A stretch of 64,000 nt of DNA from an uncultured Methanospirillum sp. (GTDB lineage: Archaea; Halobacteriota; Methanomicrobia; Methanomicrobiales; Methanospirillaceae): NCBI GenBank assembly GCA_964637135.1, contig CAZWTX010000003.1, positions 62,001-126,000 on the forward strand, in the 5' to 3' direction. Shown one piece after another: positions 19,450 to 30,056 of this stretch; position 1 is the first letter of the stretch; every line of letters starts with the position of its first letter. The translations under genes and the position numbers were made by a program. The notes under the pieces are model-generated. The model ran no database searches and was not told where the DNA came from. It saw only the letters and a program-made list of their open reading frames with translations.

Positions 19450-20616
19450 ATGACCCTGAACAGGGACATCTTTGAACTTAGAAAGTTTGTAGCTCCGGAA
19501 TTGGTTTTCGGGGTCGGAGCCAGGCATCTTGCCGGCCAGTATGTAAAAAACTTTCAGACGGGAAAAATCCTCCTTGTTACTGATTCCGGGGTTCTCAGGA
19601 CGTCATCATTTGAAGATGTCAGGAAAAGCCTTGATGATTCAGGGATAGCTTATACCATATTTTCTGATATACAGCCAAACCCCCGTGCCGATTCGGTCAT
19701 GAAGGGGGCTGAACAATATGTATCCGGCGGATGCATGGGCATCCTTGTGATCGGAGGAGGATCAGCCATAGATTGTGCAAAAGGGATAGGGATAGTGAGT
19801 TCGAATAAGAAACATATTCTCGAATTTGAAGGGGTTGACCAGATACGCATCCCGGCTCCTCCCCTCATTTGTATCCCGACGACCTCGGGGAGCAGTGCTG
19901 ATGTATCCCAGTTTGCTATCATTACCGATCCGAAACGAAAAATAAAGATCGCGATCATCTCAAAAGCCCTTGTTCCCGATATTGCCCTCATTGATCCGGA
20001 AACCCTCCTTTCACTACCTTCTGATCTGACCCTCCACACCGTCCTTGATACTCTGACCCATGCGATTGAAGCATACGTCTCAAACGCCCATTCTTCAATG
20101 ACCGATATCCACGCCCTTGAGGCAGTCCGCCTGGTCACCAGGTACCTCCCCTATACCATCAAATACCCGGATAACCTGGAATACCGGGTATACACAATGC
20201 TCGCGAGTATGCACGCCGGATTAGCCTTTTCAAACGCGAGCCTCGGGGCAGTACACGCAATGGCCCACAGTCTTGGCGGCCTGTTGGATCTTCCCCACGG
20301 AATGTGCAATGGTCTGCTACTTCCGGCGGTGATCTCATTTAATTATGATGCCGTTCCTGACCGGTACGATCAGATCGGGGGTGCCATGGGAATAAGGATG
20401 GATGATATCAGGAAAGAAAACCGGAAAACCGCAATCCTGGATCATTTAAAGGCGTTTTACCAGGAACTCGGATTTAGTGTTTCCCTGAAAGACATGGGTG
20501 TGGATCCTGCCATGATACATGAACTGGCAATACATGCACTGGCCGATCCCTGCATGGTGACAAATCCACAACAACCAGGATTAGACGATATTGAATCCAT
20601 CTATGAATCTGCATAA
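19450..20616 (+). CDS. ercA: Iron-containing alcohol dehydrogenase-like protein, ErcA type
   Basis: LRKFVAPELVFG N-terminus typical of the ErcA subfamily, GGGSAIDCAK, and metal ligands DTLTH and HAMAH...PHG. Confidence 0.8.
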   Translation: MTLNRDIFELRKFVAPELVFGVGARHLAGQYVKNFQTGKILLVTDSGVLRTSSFEDVRKSLDDSGIAYTIFSDIQPNPRADSVMKGAEQYVSGGCMGILVIGGGSAIDCAKGIGIVSSNKKHILEFEGVDQIRIPAPPLICIPTTSGSSADVSQFAIITDPKRKIKIAIISKALVPDIALIDPETLLSLPSDLTLHTVLDTLTHAIEAYVSNAHSSMTDIHALEAVRLVTRYLPYTIKYPDNLEYRVYTMLASMHAGLAFSNASLGAVHAMAHSLGGLLDLPHGMCNGLLLPAVISFNYDAVPDRYDQIGGAMGIRMDDIRKENRKTAILDHLKAFYQELGFSVSLKDMGVDPAMIHELAIHALADPCMVTNPQQPGLDDIESIYESA

Positions 20617-22708
20617 TGACGAGAATGGTTCAGGAGACAACCTGAGAAACCGTATTATCGGGCTTGGATCTTCATCGCATCATAAGAGTTACTATCCTGA
20701 ACTGATGACGCGAATCTCCGAGCTTGAGCGGTTTCGAGCCCTTCTGCAGGAGACATCGGATGCGATCTTTCTGGTTAACCGTGATACCTGGCGGTTTACC
20801 GATATCAACCGATCCGGAATTGAGTTACTCGGGTCTACGCGGGAAAGACTTCTAGAAATGGATGTGAAAAAGGCTCTCGGGCCTGATTTCACGGAGATAT
20901 TCACCGAGCAGCAGGAATCCGGACCACACCAGTCACTTCAGGCAGAGATCGTGTTCCGGAAGAATGTTGAAAAAGATCGCTGTCTCGATGTAACCTCCCG
21001 GATTGTACAAACACCAGACGGAATTCACCAAGTTATCATCGCCAGGGACGTTACGGAACGGAAACTGGTTGAGGAGGAACTTGAGCAGTATCAGACCCAC
21101 CTCGAAGAACTGGTAGCCGAACGGAACGAAGAACTGATCGTCACCAACCAGGAACTGACCGGGGAGATAAAGCAGCGTATCAGAACCGAACAAGTCCTCA
21201 ATTTCGAGAAAGAACGCCTTGAACTTATTCTGAAAACAATCGACGATGCCGTCATTCTGACTACTCCGGGGGGAGCGATAACCTACCTCAACCGGGCAGC
21301 ACGGGACCTGCTCGGGTACTCTGCTCCCCTCGCCGGAGATAAAAACCTTGATGATCTTGTCGGGATGGGGAGTGACAAGACAATGATCCTTTTTTCCCGG
21401 GTTATCTCCGAAGCCGTGAAGAAAAATCACCCGGTTGATCTCGCAGACCAGAAACTCCACCTCCGGAAGACCGGTGCCCACCGGATAATTACCGGTTCAG
21501 TTTCCCCGGTGCTTGGTACGGAAAAGACGGAAGGGGTCGTCATCATCATCCGTGACATCACAGAACGACTCAGGATAGAACAGGAACTCGAGAAAGCAGA
21601 ACGTATCGAGTCCATAGGGCTTCTTGCCGGAGGAATCGCACATGATTTCAACAATGTCCTGACCTCTGTCATTGCGAATCTCGGACTCTGCGGTGAGCTG
21701 ATCAGACCGGAATCTCCGGCATTTTGCCACCTGGAAAAAGCAGAAGAAGCGATCTATCAGGCACGGAGACTGACCCAGCAGCTTCTTACCTTCTCAAAGG
21801 GTGGAGAACCCATAAAGGAATGCATCCATATTGAACCGTTAATCCGTGAGACCGCCGGTTTTGCATTGAGCGGGTCACGATCGATTGTTGAATACTCCTT
21901 TCAACCCGGTCTCTTCCCGGTTGATATCGACAGGACACAGATCAGCCAGGTAATTCAGAACCTGGTGCTGAATGCTGACCAGGCCATGGAAAACGGGGGA
22001 ACCATCAGGATTCATACAGAGAACATCACGGTCACACCTGAAAACGGCATTTTCCAGTTAAAAGACGGCGATTACATCAGAATATCAATCCAGGATGAAG
22101 GTTCCGGTATACCTGCCGATATCCTCACCCATATCTTCGATCCCTATTACTCTACGAAGGATACGGGTACCGGACTCGGACTTACCACGGTCCTGTTTAT
22201 CCTGAAAAAACACCATGGGACGATCGAAGTAGATTCAGCTGAGAAGAGAGGAACCCGATTCACCCTGTATCTTCCTGCATGTGCCGAAGAGGTAATTGTC
22301 TCCGATGAGCCGGAAAAACCCGTGGAAAAGCCATCGGCCACCGGTTCAGTGCTCCTGATGGATGATGAAGAAGGTATTCTGGACGTGATCTCAATCCTGC
22401 TCAGACGACACGGGTGGGAAGTGACTCCGGTAACCGATGGCCAGCAGGCAGTTGCAGCATATCAGGAATCTATGGAGAGAGGAAAACCGTACGATGTCAT
22501 AATCATGGATCTCGTTATCCCGGGGAGGATGGGTGGTAAGGATGCCATTGCAGAGATCCTGAAGATCAACCCAGATGTATTTGCGATTGTATCAAGCGGT
22601 TATTCCAAGGATCCTGTCATGGCCGAACCGGAGAAATATGGCTTTTCCCGCGTTCTTCCAAAACCATACAAAATTCAGGATCTTCTCAATCTCATGAAAC
22701 CGACATGA
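20603..22708 (+). CDS. Cytoplasmic hybrid histidine kinase (PAS-PAS-HisKA-HATPase-REC), ErcS-like
   Basis: N-terminal IIGLG...KSYYPEL, H-box AGGIAHDFNN, N-box NLVLNA, G-boxes DEGSGI and GTGLGL, receiver MDDE...IMDL...KPY; overlaps ercA by 14 nt. Confidence 0.9.
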   Translation: MNLHNDENGSGDNLRNRIIGLGSSSHHKSYYPELMTRISELERFRALLQETSDAIFLVNRDTWRFTDINRSGIELLGSTRERLLEMDVKKALGPDFTEIFTEQQESGPHQSLQAEIVFRKNVEKDRCLDVTSRIVQTPDGIHQVIIARDVTERKLVEEELEQYQTHLEELVAERNEELIVTNQELTGEIKQRIRTEQVLNFEKERLELILKTIDDAVILTTPGGAITYLNRAARDLLGYSAPLAGDKNLDDLVGMGSDKTMILFSRVISEAVKKNHPVDLADQKLHLRKTGAHRIITGSVSPVLGTEKTEGVVIIIRDITERLRIEQELEKAERIESIGLLAGGIAHDFNNVLTSVIANLGLCGELIRPESPAFCHLEKAEEAIYQARRLTQQLLTFSKGGEPIKECIHIEPLIRETAGFALSGSRSIVEYSFQPGLFPVDIDRTQISQVIQNLVLNADQAMENGGTIRIHTENITVTPENGIFQLKDGDYIRISIQDEGSGIPADILTHIFDPYYSTKDTGTGLGLTTVLFILKKHHGTIEVDSAEKRGTRFTLYLPACAEEVIVSDEPEKPVEKPSATGSVLLMDDEEGILDVISILLRRHGWEVTPVTDGQQAVAAYQESMERGKPYDVIIMDLVIPGRMGGKDAIAEILKINPDVFAIVSSGYSKDPVMAEPEKYGFSRVLPKPYKIQDLLNLMKPT

Positions 22709-23301
22709 AAGGAAGCAGTATCAGGGATCATTATGCCCATAAACCTGACTGTCCTGATACATCCCGGGAGTCAGTGGATGACACCTACATGGTTGTGGGT
22801 CTGAATCCTGTTATCTCCCCTGAATCTCGCATCCTTATCCTTGGAAGTTTTCCATCGGTAATCTCGCTGCGTGCCGGGGAATACTATGCCAATCCGAGAA
22901 ACCAGTTCTGGAAGATCATGAGCAGCATTGTGGGATTCTCCCCCATGGAGTCATACCAGGTACGGACAGCTGCCCTGTTAAAACATGGTATCGGCCTGTG
23001 GGATATATATCAATCCTGTATCAGGAAAGGAAGCCTTGATACTATGATTCAAAGCCCGGTCCATACCGATCTCGAAGGGGTGATCCAAACCCTGCCGGCG
23101 ATACGTGTTGTTGTTCTGAATGGAAGGAAGGCTGAACAGGGCTGGATACACTGGACAAAAACAGTCCCATCGGCACGGTGTCCGTCTGTCAGGGCGATTT
23201 ATCTTCCTTCGACAAGTCCGGCCAATACCCTCCCGTTTGTAGAAAAACAGAAAAGATGGGAAGTACTGATTCGTGGTCTCCTGTCAGAAATGCCGAAGTG
23301 A
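22705..23301 (+). CDS. DNA-deoxyinosine (hypoxanthine) glycosylase, UDG superfamily
   Basis: LILGSFPS, YYANPRNQFW, GLWD and LPSTSPAN motifs; real start may be ATG 22789. Confidence 0.88.
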   Translation: MKGSSIRDHYAHKPDCPDTSRESVDDTYMVVGLNPVISPESRILILGSFPSVISLRAGEYYANPRNQFWKIMSSIVGFSPMESYQVRTAALLKHGIGLWDIYQSCIRKGSLDTMIQSPVHTDLEGVIQTLPAIRVVVLNGRKAEQGWIHWTKTVPSARCPSVRAIYLPSTSPANTLPFVEKQKRWEVLIRGLLSEMPK

Positions 23302-23466
23302 GGAGATATTCTCCGGTGCCACCAGATCTCATCTCCGCTAGGAAAAGGACATGAACAATGAAATCAGGGTATTTTTTTAGCGGTCACTGAGACGATCTGA
23401 TACCAGGCCCGGTTTGTCCGAAAGGTACAAGCATGCAGGGATAATGAATGATATCAGGGAGCAGAT

Positions 23467-24204
23467 ATGCAGGATGAACAGGAACATGAGATTGTAACCG
23501 ACCGACTGGTGAAGAAATACGGTGATCTGACGGCTGTCAGGGAGGTCAGTCTTTCAATTCGAAAAGGAGCCCTCTTCGGCCTTCTCGGACCAAACGGATC
23601 TGGTAAAACCACCATGATCAGGATCCTGACCGGACAGATACGGCCAACATCCGGAACTGCTGCCGTCAGGGGAATCAACGTGATTGACGACCCCATCGGA
23701 GTCAGGAGAGAAGTTGGCATTATTCCGGAGCAGGAGTCACCCCCTAGTTTTTTGACGACGCTTGAATACCTCGAATTTATCGGAGACATCAGAAAGATTC
23801 CGGATATCAACGCAAAAGCAGACTGGTGGTTTGAATTCCTGGAATACGGAGAGAAACGAAACGTCCTCTGTAAGGATCTCTCACGCGGAACCAGGCAGAA
23901 ACTCATGCTTACCCAGGCATTCATCCATCATCCCCGGCTTGCCCTTATCGATGAACCCCTGATCAATTTTGATCCGGTTATGCAACAGAAAGTGAAGGAT
24001 TTCTTCATCTCATATGTCAGAGAGGGTAACACCCTCTTTATATCAACCCATCTCCTGGAGACCACTGAGGAGATATGTTCTGATATTGCCATTCTCCATG
24101 CAGGTGAACTCCTGTATACCGGAACAATCAGGGAGATCCTTGAAGAAGGCCGTCACCTGTCGGATTTCTTCCTTACACTGGTGCGGAGCGGCAATCATGG
24201 CTAA
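23467..24204 (+). CDS. ABC transporter ATP-binding subunit (exporter type)
   Basis: GPNGSGKTT, signature LSRGTRQK, LIDEP and STH. Confidence 0.93.
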   Translation: MQDEQEHEIVTDRLVKKYGDLTAVREVSLSIRKGALFGLLGPNGSGKTTMIRILTGQIRPTSGTAAVRGINVIDDPIGVRREVGIIPEQESPPSFLTTLEYLEFIGDIRKIPDINAKADWWFEFLEYGEKRNVLCKDLSRGTRQKLMLTQAFIHHPRLALIDEPLINFDPVMQQKVKDFFISYVREGNTLFISTHLLETTEEICSDIAILHAGELLYTGTIREILEEGRHLSDFFLTLVRSGNHG

Positions 24205-25603
24205 GCTCTTCCTGAACATGATGATAGAGGAGTGGCGGGTTCACTCAACCATGTTCGGGAGCCTGAACTTTGCTCTCTTTCCGGTCATGATCCTCGGAAT
24301 CGCGTTCATGGGTACGTTTCTGCTACCGCTCATCAGTGCAGCCATACCGATACGGGATCTCGTCATCATCGTGCATGCCAATTACCTGATGCTCGGAATT
24401 ATGGTTGGCGGATTCGGCCTGCTGGGCAACGAAGTGATGAACCGGCGGTTTGGACAGGCAAGTCTTCTTGCATTTTCCGCACGGATTCTCCCCCTCTCCC
24501 AAAAGTACATCTTCACCATTTTTGTTCTGAAAGACACCCTATACTACTTTTTTCTCTGGGTTTTCCCGCTTGCGGCTGGTTTTTTCATCGGATCGGTGTT
24601 TACCGGAATTCCGACAGAGATTCCGGTCAGACTGATGATCACCCTGACGCTCTCCTTTATGAGCGGATTGTCTCTGGTTTTTTTGCTCACTTCCGGATAC
24701 AGTAGATCACCATGGCTCCTCTCCCTCATGCTCATCGCCATCGTCGGTTTTGTGCTTCTGACAGTGCAGTATACCGGGTTGAACCCGGCCCTTGTCTTTC
24801 CGCCACTGCTCCTCTTCTACCGGTTTACCATAGAGACCGGGCTGGTTGCCTTCCTCGCAGTACTCATCCCGTTCAGTATTGCACTCATCATCTCCTCTCC
24901 TGATGAACCGTCACGAGTCAGGGAATACCGGAGCCGGATGCATCCCCTGATCAGTCACCTGTTCTTTCTGCCGACTCCTCCGTTGGCAGCGAAAGATCTC
25001 ATCGATCTCTGGAGGAGCGGAAGTATCCTTGGACAGACCATCTTCTCATTCCTGGTCCCCCTCATCGTCATCTGGTTCTTCCTTTCACTGCTCGAAGAAT
25101 ATGTCTCCGTTGTTCAACTGCTCTTGACGTATGCCATGATCACCGGGATCATCGCCTCGACGATGTATACATGGCTGACGATGTTTGATACCTATGGGAC
25201 CTATGCAATACTCCCGGTAAGTATCCGGACACTCATAACCAGCAAAATTATGAGTTTTACCCTGATGCAGGCCATCCCGGTAGTATTTATAGGTACGATC
25301 ACCCATCTTTCAGGAGAGGGATCCTCTATTCTCCCGGTTCTGGTTCTGATGATCTCTATCTCTTATTATACCCTCTCGGTGACCATATGGCTGACCGGGC
25401 TCTCCCCGAGTGTGCTTGTGTATAGTGCCCGGGTCATGGTCATATACTTCCTCCTGATCGGGATCGTCCTGACACTTTTTAGTTCAGTTACGTCAGTCAG
25501 CCCGTGGTATGCGATCTCTGCAGTGTTCCTTTTCATTCCCTCGTATCTCTTCATCAGGCAGGGATTCAGGAGATGGGACCGGGTTGACCAGCCCCTCTTC
25601 TGA
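24197..25603 (+). CDS. Polytopic membrane protein, probable ABC permease partner
   Basis: About 12 TM segments; start ATG 24197 overlaps the ATPase stop. Confidence 0.75.
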   Translation: MAKLFLNMMIEEWRVHSTMFGSLNFALFPVMILGIAFMGTFLLPLISAAIPIRDLVIIVHANYLMLGIMVGGFGLLGNEVMNRRFGQASLLAFSARILPLSQKYIFTIFVLKDTLYYFFLWVFPLAAGFFIGSVFTGIPTEIPVRLMITLTLSFMSGLSLVFLLTSGYSRSPWLLSLMLIAIVGFVLLTVQYTGLNPALVFPPLLLFYRFTIETGLVAFLAVLIPFSIALIISSPDEPSRVREYRSRMHPLISHLFFLPTPPLAAKDLIDLWRSGSILGQTIFSFLVPLIVIWFFLSLLEEYVSVVQLLLTYAMITGIIASTMYTWLTMFDTYGTYAILPVSIRTLITSKIMSFTLMQAIPVVFIGTITHLSGEGSSILPVLVLMISISYYTLSVTIWLTGLSPSVLVYSARVMVIYFLLIGIVLTLFSSVTSVSPWYAISAVFLFIPSYLFIRQGFRRWDRVDQPLF

Positions 25604-25725
25604 TGGGATTCATTCTTAGTATCGATCCCAATGCCGGGTTTTCTCCTGCTGAAAGCCCGGATACAGGATATTGCCAGAAAAGATACCATCACCGGGGATG
25701 AACGCCCGCCGGGAAATGGGAGAGA

Positions 25726-25810
25726 TATAAATAGAAGCAGACCGATTCTCTCCTGATAATCGGAAGGAGAAGAACCCGTCGTATTGTGGGTCGCTTTTTC
25801 TTCCGGAGGT
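25726..25810 (+). promoter_or_regulatory. TATA box, hairpin-forming 5' leader and RBS of satP
   Basis: TATAAATA 25726-25733; stem 25761-25772/25794-25805; GGAGGT 25805-25810. Confidence 0.6.
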
Positions 25811-25815
25811 AGATT

Positions 25816-26412
25816 ATGAACCACCCTGAATCACAGAGCACGACGTTCATTTCAGAGATTACCGCGAATCCTGCACCACTCGGGCTGCTTGGATTTGGTA
25901 TGACCACCGTCCTCCTTAACCTGCATAATGCAGGACTGTTCACTCTTGGATCGATGATCCTTGCCATGGGGATTTTTTATGGAGGGATTGCACAGATCAT
26001 CGCAGGAATTATGGAATGGAAGAAGAACAACACCTTCGGTGCCACGGCGTTCACTTCCTACGGACTCTTCTGGATGACGCTGGTGGCCCTGCTCATTCTC
26101 CCCCAGCTTGGTCTTGCAGAAGGAACCGGCGGTGACCTGGCAATGGCATCCTACTTCATCATGTGGGGGCTTTTTACCGGAGTTATGTTCTTTGGAACCC
26201 TGAAAGCAAACCGTGCCCTGCAGTTTGTCTTCGGATCACTGACGATTCTCTTCTTCCTGCTTGCTATCGGGGATATCACCGGAATAGAATCGGTAACCTT
26301 CCTTGCCGGGATCGTCGGGATCATTTGTGGATTCTCCGCGGTATACACCGGTCTGGCCCAGGTCATCAACGAGGCTCATAACCGGGTAATCCTTCCGATC
26401 TGGCCGGTATAA
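25816..26412 (+). CDS. satP: Acetate uptake channel, GPR1/FUN34/YaaH (SatP) family
   Basis: [12 protein letters not shown] signature, [16 protein letters not shown], six TM helices. Confidence 0.93.
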   Translation: MNHPESQSTTFISEITANPAPLGLLGFGMTTVLLNLHNAGLFTLGSMILAMGIFYGGIAQIIAGIMEWKKNNTFGATAFTSYGLFWMTLVALLILPQLGLAEGTGGDLAMASYFIMWGLFTGVMFFGTLKANRALQFVFGSLTILFFLLAIGDITGIESVTFLAGIVGIICGFSAVYTGLAQVINEAHNRVILPIWPV

Positions 26413-26692
26413 CTATTTTTGTGGGGATCCCGGGATCCGGGATCCTTTTCTTCACCTGATCGGACAGAGCCGTCCGGTGACAGACCCGCTGGCCCGTGCC
26501 ACAGAGTCTCTGTGGTGTCCTCCCGTTCCGGTCAGACCGTATCCACGATCAACCACGGGTGAGTCTCGTCTCCATTCCCCGATTCATCATGGGGAACACC
26601 GGATATGGGATACCGGGAAAAAACAGGATATCTCTCAGGAAAAAAGAGAACCCAGGATCCACCCCGGTCTGATATTATAAAAAAAAGGGAAT

Positions 26693-27376
26693 TCAGGCAG
26701 ATACTTTCTGTTCTGCTTCTTCAAGAGCCTGTTTGGCGAAGGAATCTTCAGGGGCCATCTCCTGTGCCTGTTTGAAGGCCTCTACTGCCTCCGGATATTT
26801 CCCCTGGGCCGTGAGCGCCTGGCCCTTGTTATACACAGACAGGAAATTCGGCATCAGTTCGAATGCATGGTCATATGCCTCGATAGCTTCATCATACCGC
26901 CCGGATGCATTCAGGAACGACCCTTTTTCATTCCAGTTCCCGACATTATCCGGACTTGCCTTGATGAGCTGATCGTTTAATGCCAGTGCTTCCTCAATGT
27001 TGTCCATATGGAACAGGGTACGACTTTTTAACGCAATTGCACGTTTATCAGTTGAATCCATGACCAGTGCCCGATCCAGTATGACGATTGCCTCATCGTA
27101 TTTTCCGGCATTATACAAATCCTGGCCTTTCAGAACGAGGACATCGACCGTTTCTTCAGTGGGTTCGGCGACCGGTTCAGTTGTGGTTTCAGGGGTGACT
27201 TCAGGCTCTGATTCAGAGGTTTTTTCCAGGGCCGGAGTTTCTTCAGGAGTCACTGCAGATGACTCAAGCGGGGCTGAGGAAGGAGGTGCCGCTTTTTCCT
27301 CCGGTGATGACGTGCATCCCGCGAGGAGCACGCTGACTGCCATGACGAGAAGAAGGATGACAATAAACCGTTTCAT
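26693..27376 (-). CDS. TPR-repeat lipoprotein
   Basis: MKRF...LLAGC lipobox, Pro/Glu/Thr linker, about four TPR units (e.g. WNEKGSFL...GRYDEAIEAYDHA); the ORF extends to 27403. Confidence 0.85.
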   Translation of the reverse strand: MKRFIVILLLVMAVSVLLAGCTSSPEEKAAPPSSAPLESSAVTPEETPALEKTSESEPEVTPETTTEPVAEPTEETVDVLVLKGQDLYNAGKYDEAIVILDRALVMDSTDKRAIALKSRTLFHMDNIEEALALNDQLIKASPDNVGNWNEKGSFLNASGRYDEAIEAYDHAFELMPNFLSVYNKGQALTAQGKYPEAVEAFKQAQEMAPEDSFAKQALEEAEQKVSA

Positions 27377-27591
27377 AAAAAGCGTTGTCAGGTATTTCAT
27401 CATATACCTGTCGGATGGTCTTATAAATTACCGGTTTCCTTGATTTTCAGAAACCCGCGCCTTCAGGAACCGTTTACATCGGTGGATACGAAAAAACCAT
27501 CCGGGTCGCAAAGGGCTGCCCTATGCCAGATGGTGGAACAGCGCATCAGATCTTACAGGATACAATGTAATCAAGAAAATCCGGAAAAAAG

Positions 27592-27666
<75 letters not shown>

Positions 27667-27740
27667 AATGTGCCTCTAAATGTCTCTTTGAGAACATAAA
27701 AAGATTATGCCAGGGTAATCTCCGAAGAATGTTCTGGCAT

Positions 27741-28607
27741 TCAGACGACGGGAGTTCCTTCCTTCTGCACGACAACCTTGAACTGTTCCATCAGCTGCTT
27801 TGTCACAGGCCCGGGTTTTCCCGACCCTATGGAACGTCCGTCGATCAGGGTAATCGGTGCCACCTCAGCAGCAGTGCCGGTGACAAACACCTCGTCAGCA
27901 GTGTAGAGATCAAAATACCCGAGGTTTCGCTCTGTTGCCTGGATGCCAAGGGCTGATGCAATCTCAAGAGCTACCATGCGGGTTATGCCACGAAGGTTAT
28001 TGAGAGTGGGCGGGGTATAGATCACCCCGTTCTTTATGACAAAGATGTTGTCTCCTGAACCCTCGGCAAGATACCCGTTGGTATCAAAGAAGATTGCCTC
28101 ATCGCCACCCTTGTAATTCGCTTCGATCTTGGCAAGGATATTATTAAGGTAATTCAGGCTTTTCACATTCGGCGGAAGTGATTCTGCCGGATTGCGACGA
28201 ACCGAGACAGTGACGGCCGTTAGTCCTTTCTCATACAGATCCCCGTACATGGCTCCCCATTCAACTGCAATGACAACCACCGTTGGTTTGGGGCATTTCC
28301 TCGGATCAAGACCGAGATCGCCGAACCCTCTGCTTACGATCGGGCGGATATATGCTTCTTTGAGGTTATTTTTTTTGCAGGTCTCGACGATGGCAGCAGC
28401 CATATCAGCCTTATCAATCGGTATCTGCAGATCGATCGTCCGTGCCGAATCATACATTCGGTCCAGATGTTCATCAAGCCTGAACACTTTTCCATTATAT
28501 GCACGGATCCCCTCGAAAACACCGTCTCCATAGAGAAAACCGTGATCAAAAACCGAAATTTTCGCATCTTCTTTCGGATAGAACTTCCCGTCGATATAGA
28601 TCTGCAT
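27741..28607 (-). CDS. ilvE: Branched-chain amino acid aminotransferase
   Basis: [20 protein letters not shown] lysine in [17 protein letters not shown] and GTAAEV. Confidence 0.96.
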   Translation of the reverse strand: MQIYIDGKFYPKEDAKISVFDHGFLYGDGVFEGIRAYNGKVFRLDEHLDRMYDSARTIDLQIPIDKADMAAAIVETCKKNNLKEAYIRPIVSRGFGDLGLDPRKCPKPTVVVIAVEWGAMYGDLYEKGLTAVTVSVRRNPAESLPPNVKSLNYLNNILAKIEANYKGGDEAIFFDTNGYLAEGSGDNIFVIKNGVIYTPPTLNNLRGITRMVALEIASALGIQATERNLGYFDLYTADEVFVTGTAAEVAPITLIDGRSIGSGKPGPVTKQLMEQFKVVVQKEGTPVV

Positions 28608-28682
28608 ACGTGGATATCTGCACGTCCTCTCGTTAATACCTAGCGAAACCGAACGGATTTCCCAGTCAGCAGAGAGAAGGGA

Positions 28683-30056
28683 TCACCGGTTTTTACACCG
28701 GTGGCAAAATGAACGTAACATGAACCGGGCCTGAACAGGATGGAGATGGGCATAGGAACCGATGGTGTTCCTGTACAGAACTCCGTCAGACAATCCGTCG
28801 ATCCCGACCCCGCGACTGAGGGAGAACCCGAATGGTACGTCCCTGAAAAACCGCACGTCGGAATAATGAAATGCATGACCCCTGAACACGGCCTTTCCGA
28901 AGGGAGTTTCGGCGCTGCTTTCTCCGACTACATACCTGACAACCCGTCGGGCTGGAATCACCGACTCAGCCGGGAAGACCCCGCACATCCGGAATGACGA
29001 ACCACCGGGGAGACCCTGCCATTCTTCGGCAAACCGGATCTGTTCGCAGAGATACATCAGTCCGCCGCACTCGGCATAAATGGGTGTTCCCGATTCAGCT
29101 GCCTTCCGGATATCATACCGCATCGTTTCATTTTCTTCGAGTTTTCCGGCGAAATATTCAGGATATCCACCACCGATGATGTACCCGTCAGCATCGGGAA
29201 GATCATCACTGATCGGTGAGAAGAAATCGACCGTTGCGCCAACGGAAGTGAGAATCGGAAAGAGATCAGCATAATAAAAATTAAACGCCTCATCCCGGGC
29301 CACCCCGATCGTGACTCCCGCGCTGTCCGCAGGGGCAAATAGTTCTCCGGAATACGGAGGAATCACCATCTCTTTGGCTAATGACAGGAGGAGATCGGAA
29401 TCAAGACAGGATCCGATCTTCTGTACCATGGTCTCAATACGATCCCGGAAAGCGGAATCAGGTGACCCTTCTGCATACGGGACAAGTCCGAGATGACGCA
29501 TTGTCAGGTCAATGCCACCAAGCCGGGGAACCGCTCCAACCACCGGGATATTACAGAAATGACGGATCGCCCCGGTGAGTTTTTTTACATGTTCCTCGCC
29601 CTTCACGTTGTTCAGGATGATTCCAGATATCCGGACAGCGGGATCAAATGCCCTGAATCCCTGTATTATCGCGGCGGCACTCCGGGTGATACTCCGTGCA
29701 TCGATAACCAGGATTACGGGCAGGTCCAGTATTTTTGCCACGGAGGCAGTTGAGCCGATGTCATCAACCGGCTCCGCCCCTTCGTACAGGCCGCGTACCC
29801 CCTCGATCAGGGCAAAATCAGCACCCTGGCAGGCATATTCATAGGTCTCCCTGATCTCCCCGGCAGAAAGGACAAATGAATCCAGGTTACGGCAGGGACG
29901 GCCCGTCACCCCGGTTAGGTAGGACGGATCGATATAATCCATCCCAACCTTAAAGGTCTGCACCTTCATTCTTTTCGAGAGCAGTGCTGCAATCGCAACC
30001 GATATGCTGGTTTTTCCGCTTCCTGACCGGTCCCCGCTAATAAGCAGGGCTTTCAT
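28683..30056 (-). CDS. cfbB: Ni-sirohydrochlorin a,c-diamide synthase (F430 biosynthesis)
   Basis: CbiA/CobB-like: GDRSGSGKT, FKVGMDYIDP, EGVRGLYEG and YAECGG; lies in the cfb cluster. Confidence 0.9.
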   Translation of the reverse strand: MKALLISGDRSGSGKTSISVAIAALLSKRMKVQTFKVGMDYIDPSYLTGVTGRPCRNLDSFVLSAGEIRETYEYACQGADFALIEGVRGLYEGAEPVDDIGSTASVAKILDLPVILVIDARSITRSAAAIIQGFRAFDPAVRISGIILNNVKGEEHVKKLTGAIRHFCNIPVVGAVPRLGGIDLTMRHLGLVPYAEGSPDSAFRDRIETMVQKIGSCLDSDLLLSLAKEMVIPPYSGELFAPADSAGVTIGVARDEAFNFYYADLFPILTSVGATVDFFSPISDDLPDADGYIIGGGYPEYFAGKLEENETMRYDIRKAAESGTPIYAECGGLMYLCEQIRFAEEWQGLPGGSSFRMCGVFPAESVIPARRVVRYVVGESSAETPFGKAVFRGHAFHYSDVRFFRDVPFGFSLSRGVGIDGLSDGVLYRNTIGSYAHLHPVQARFMLRSFCHRCKNR

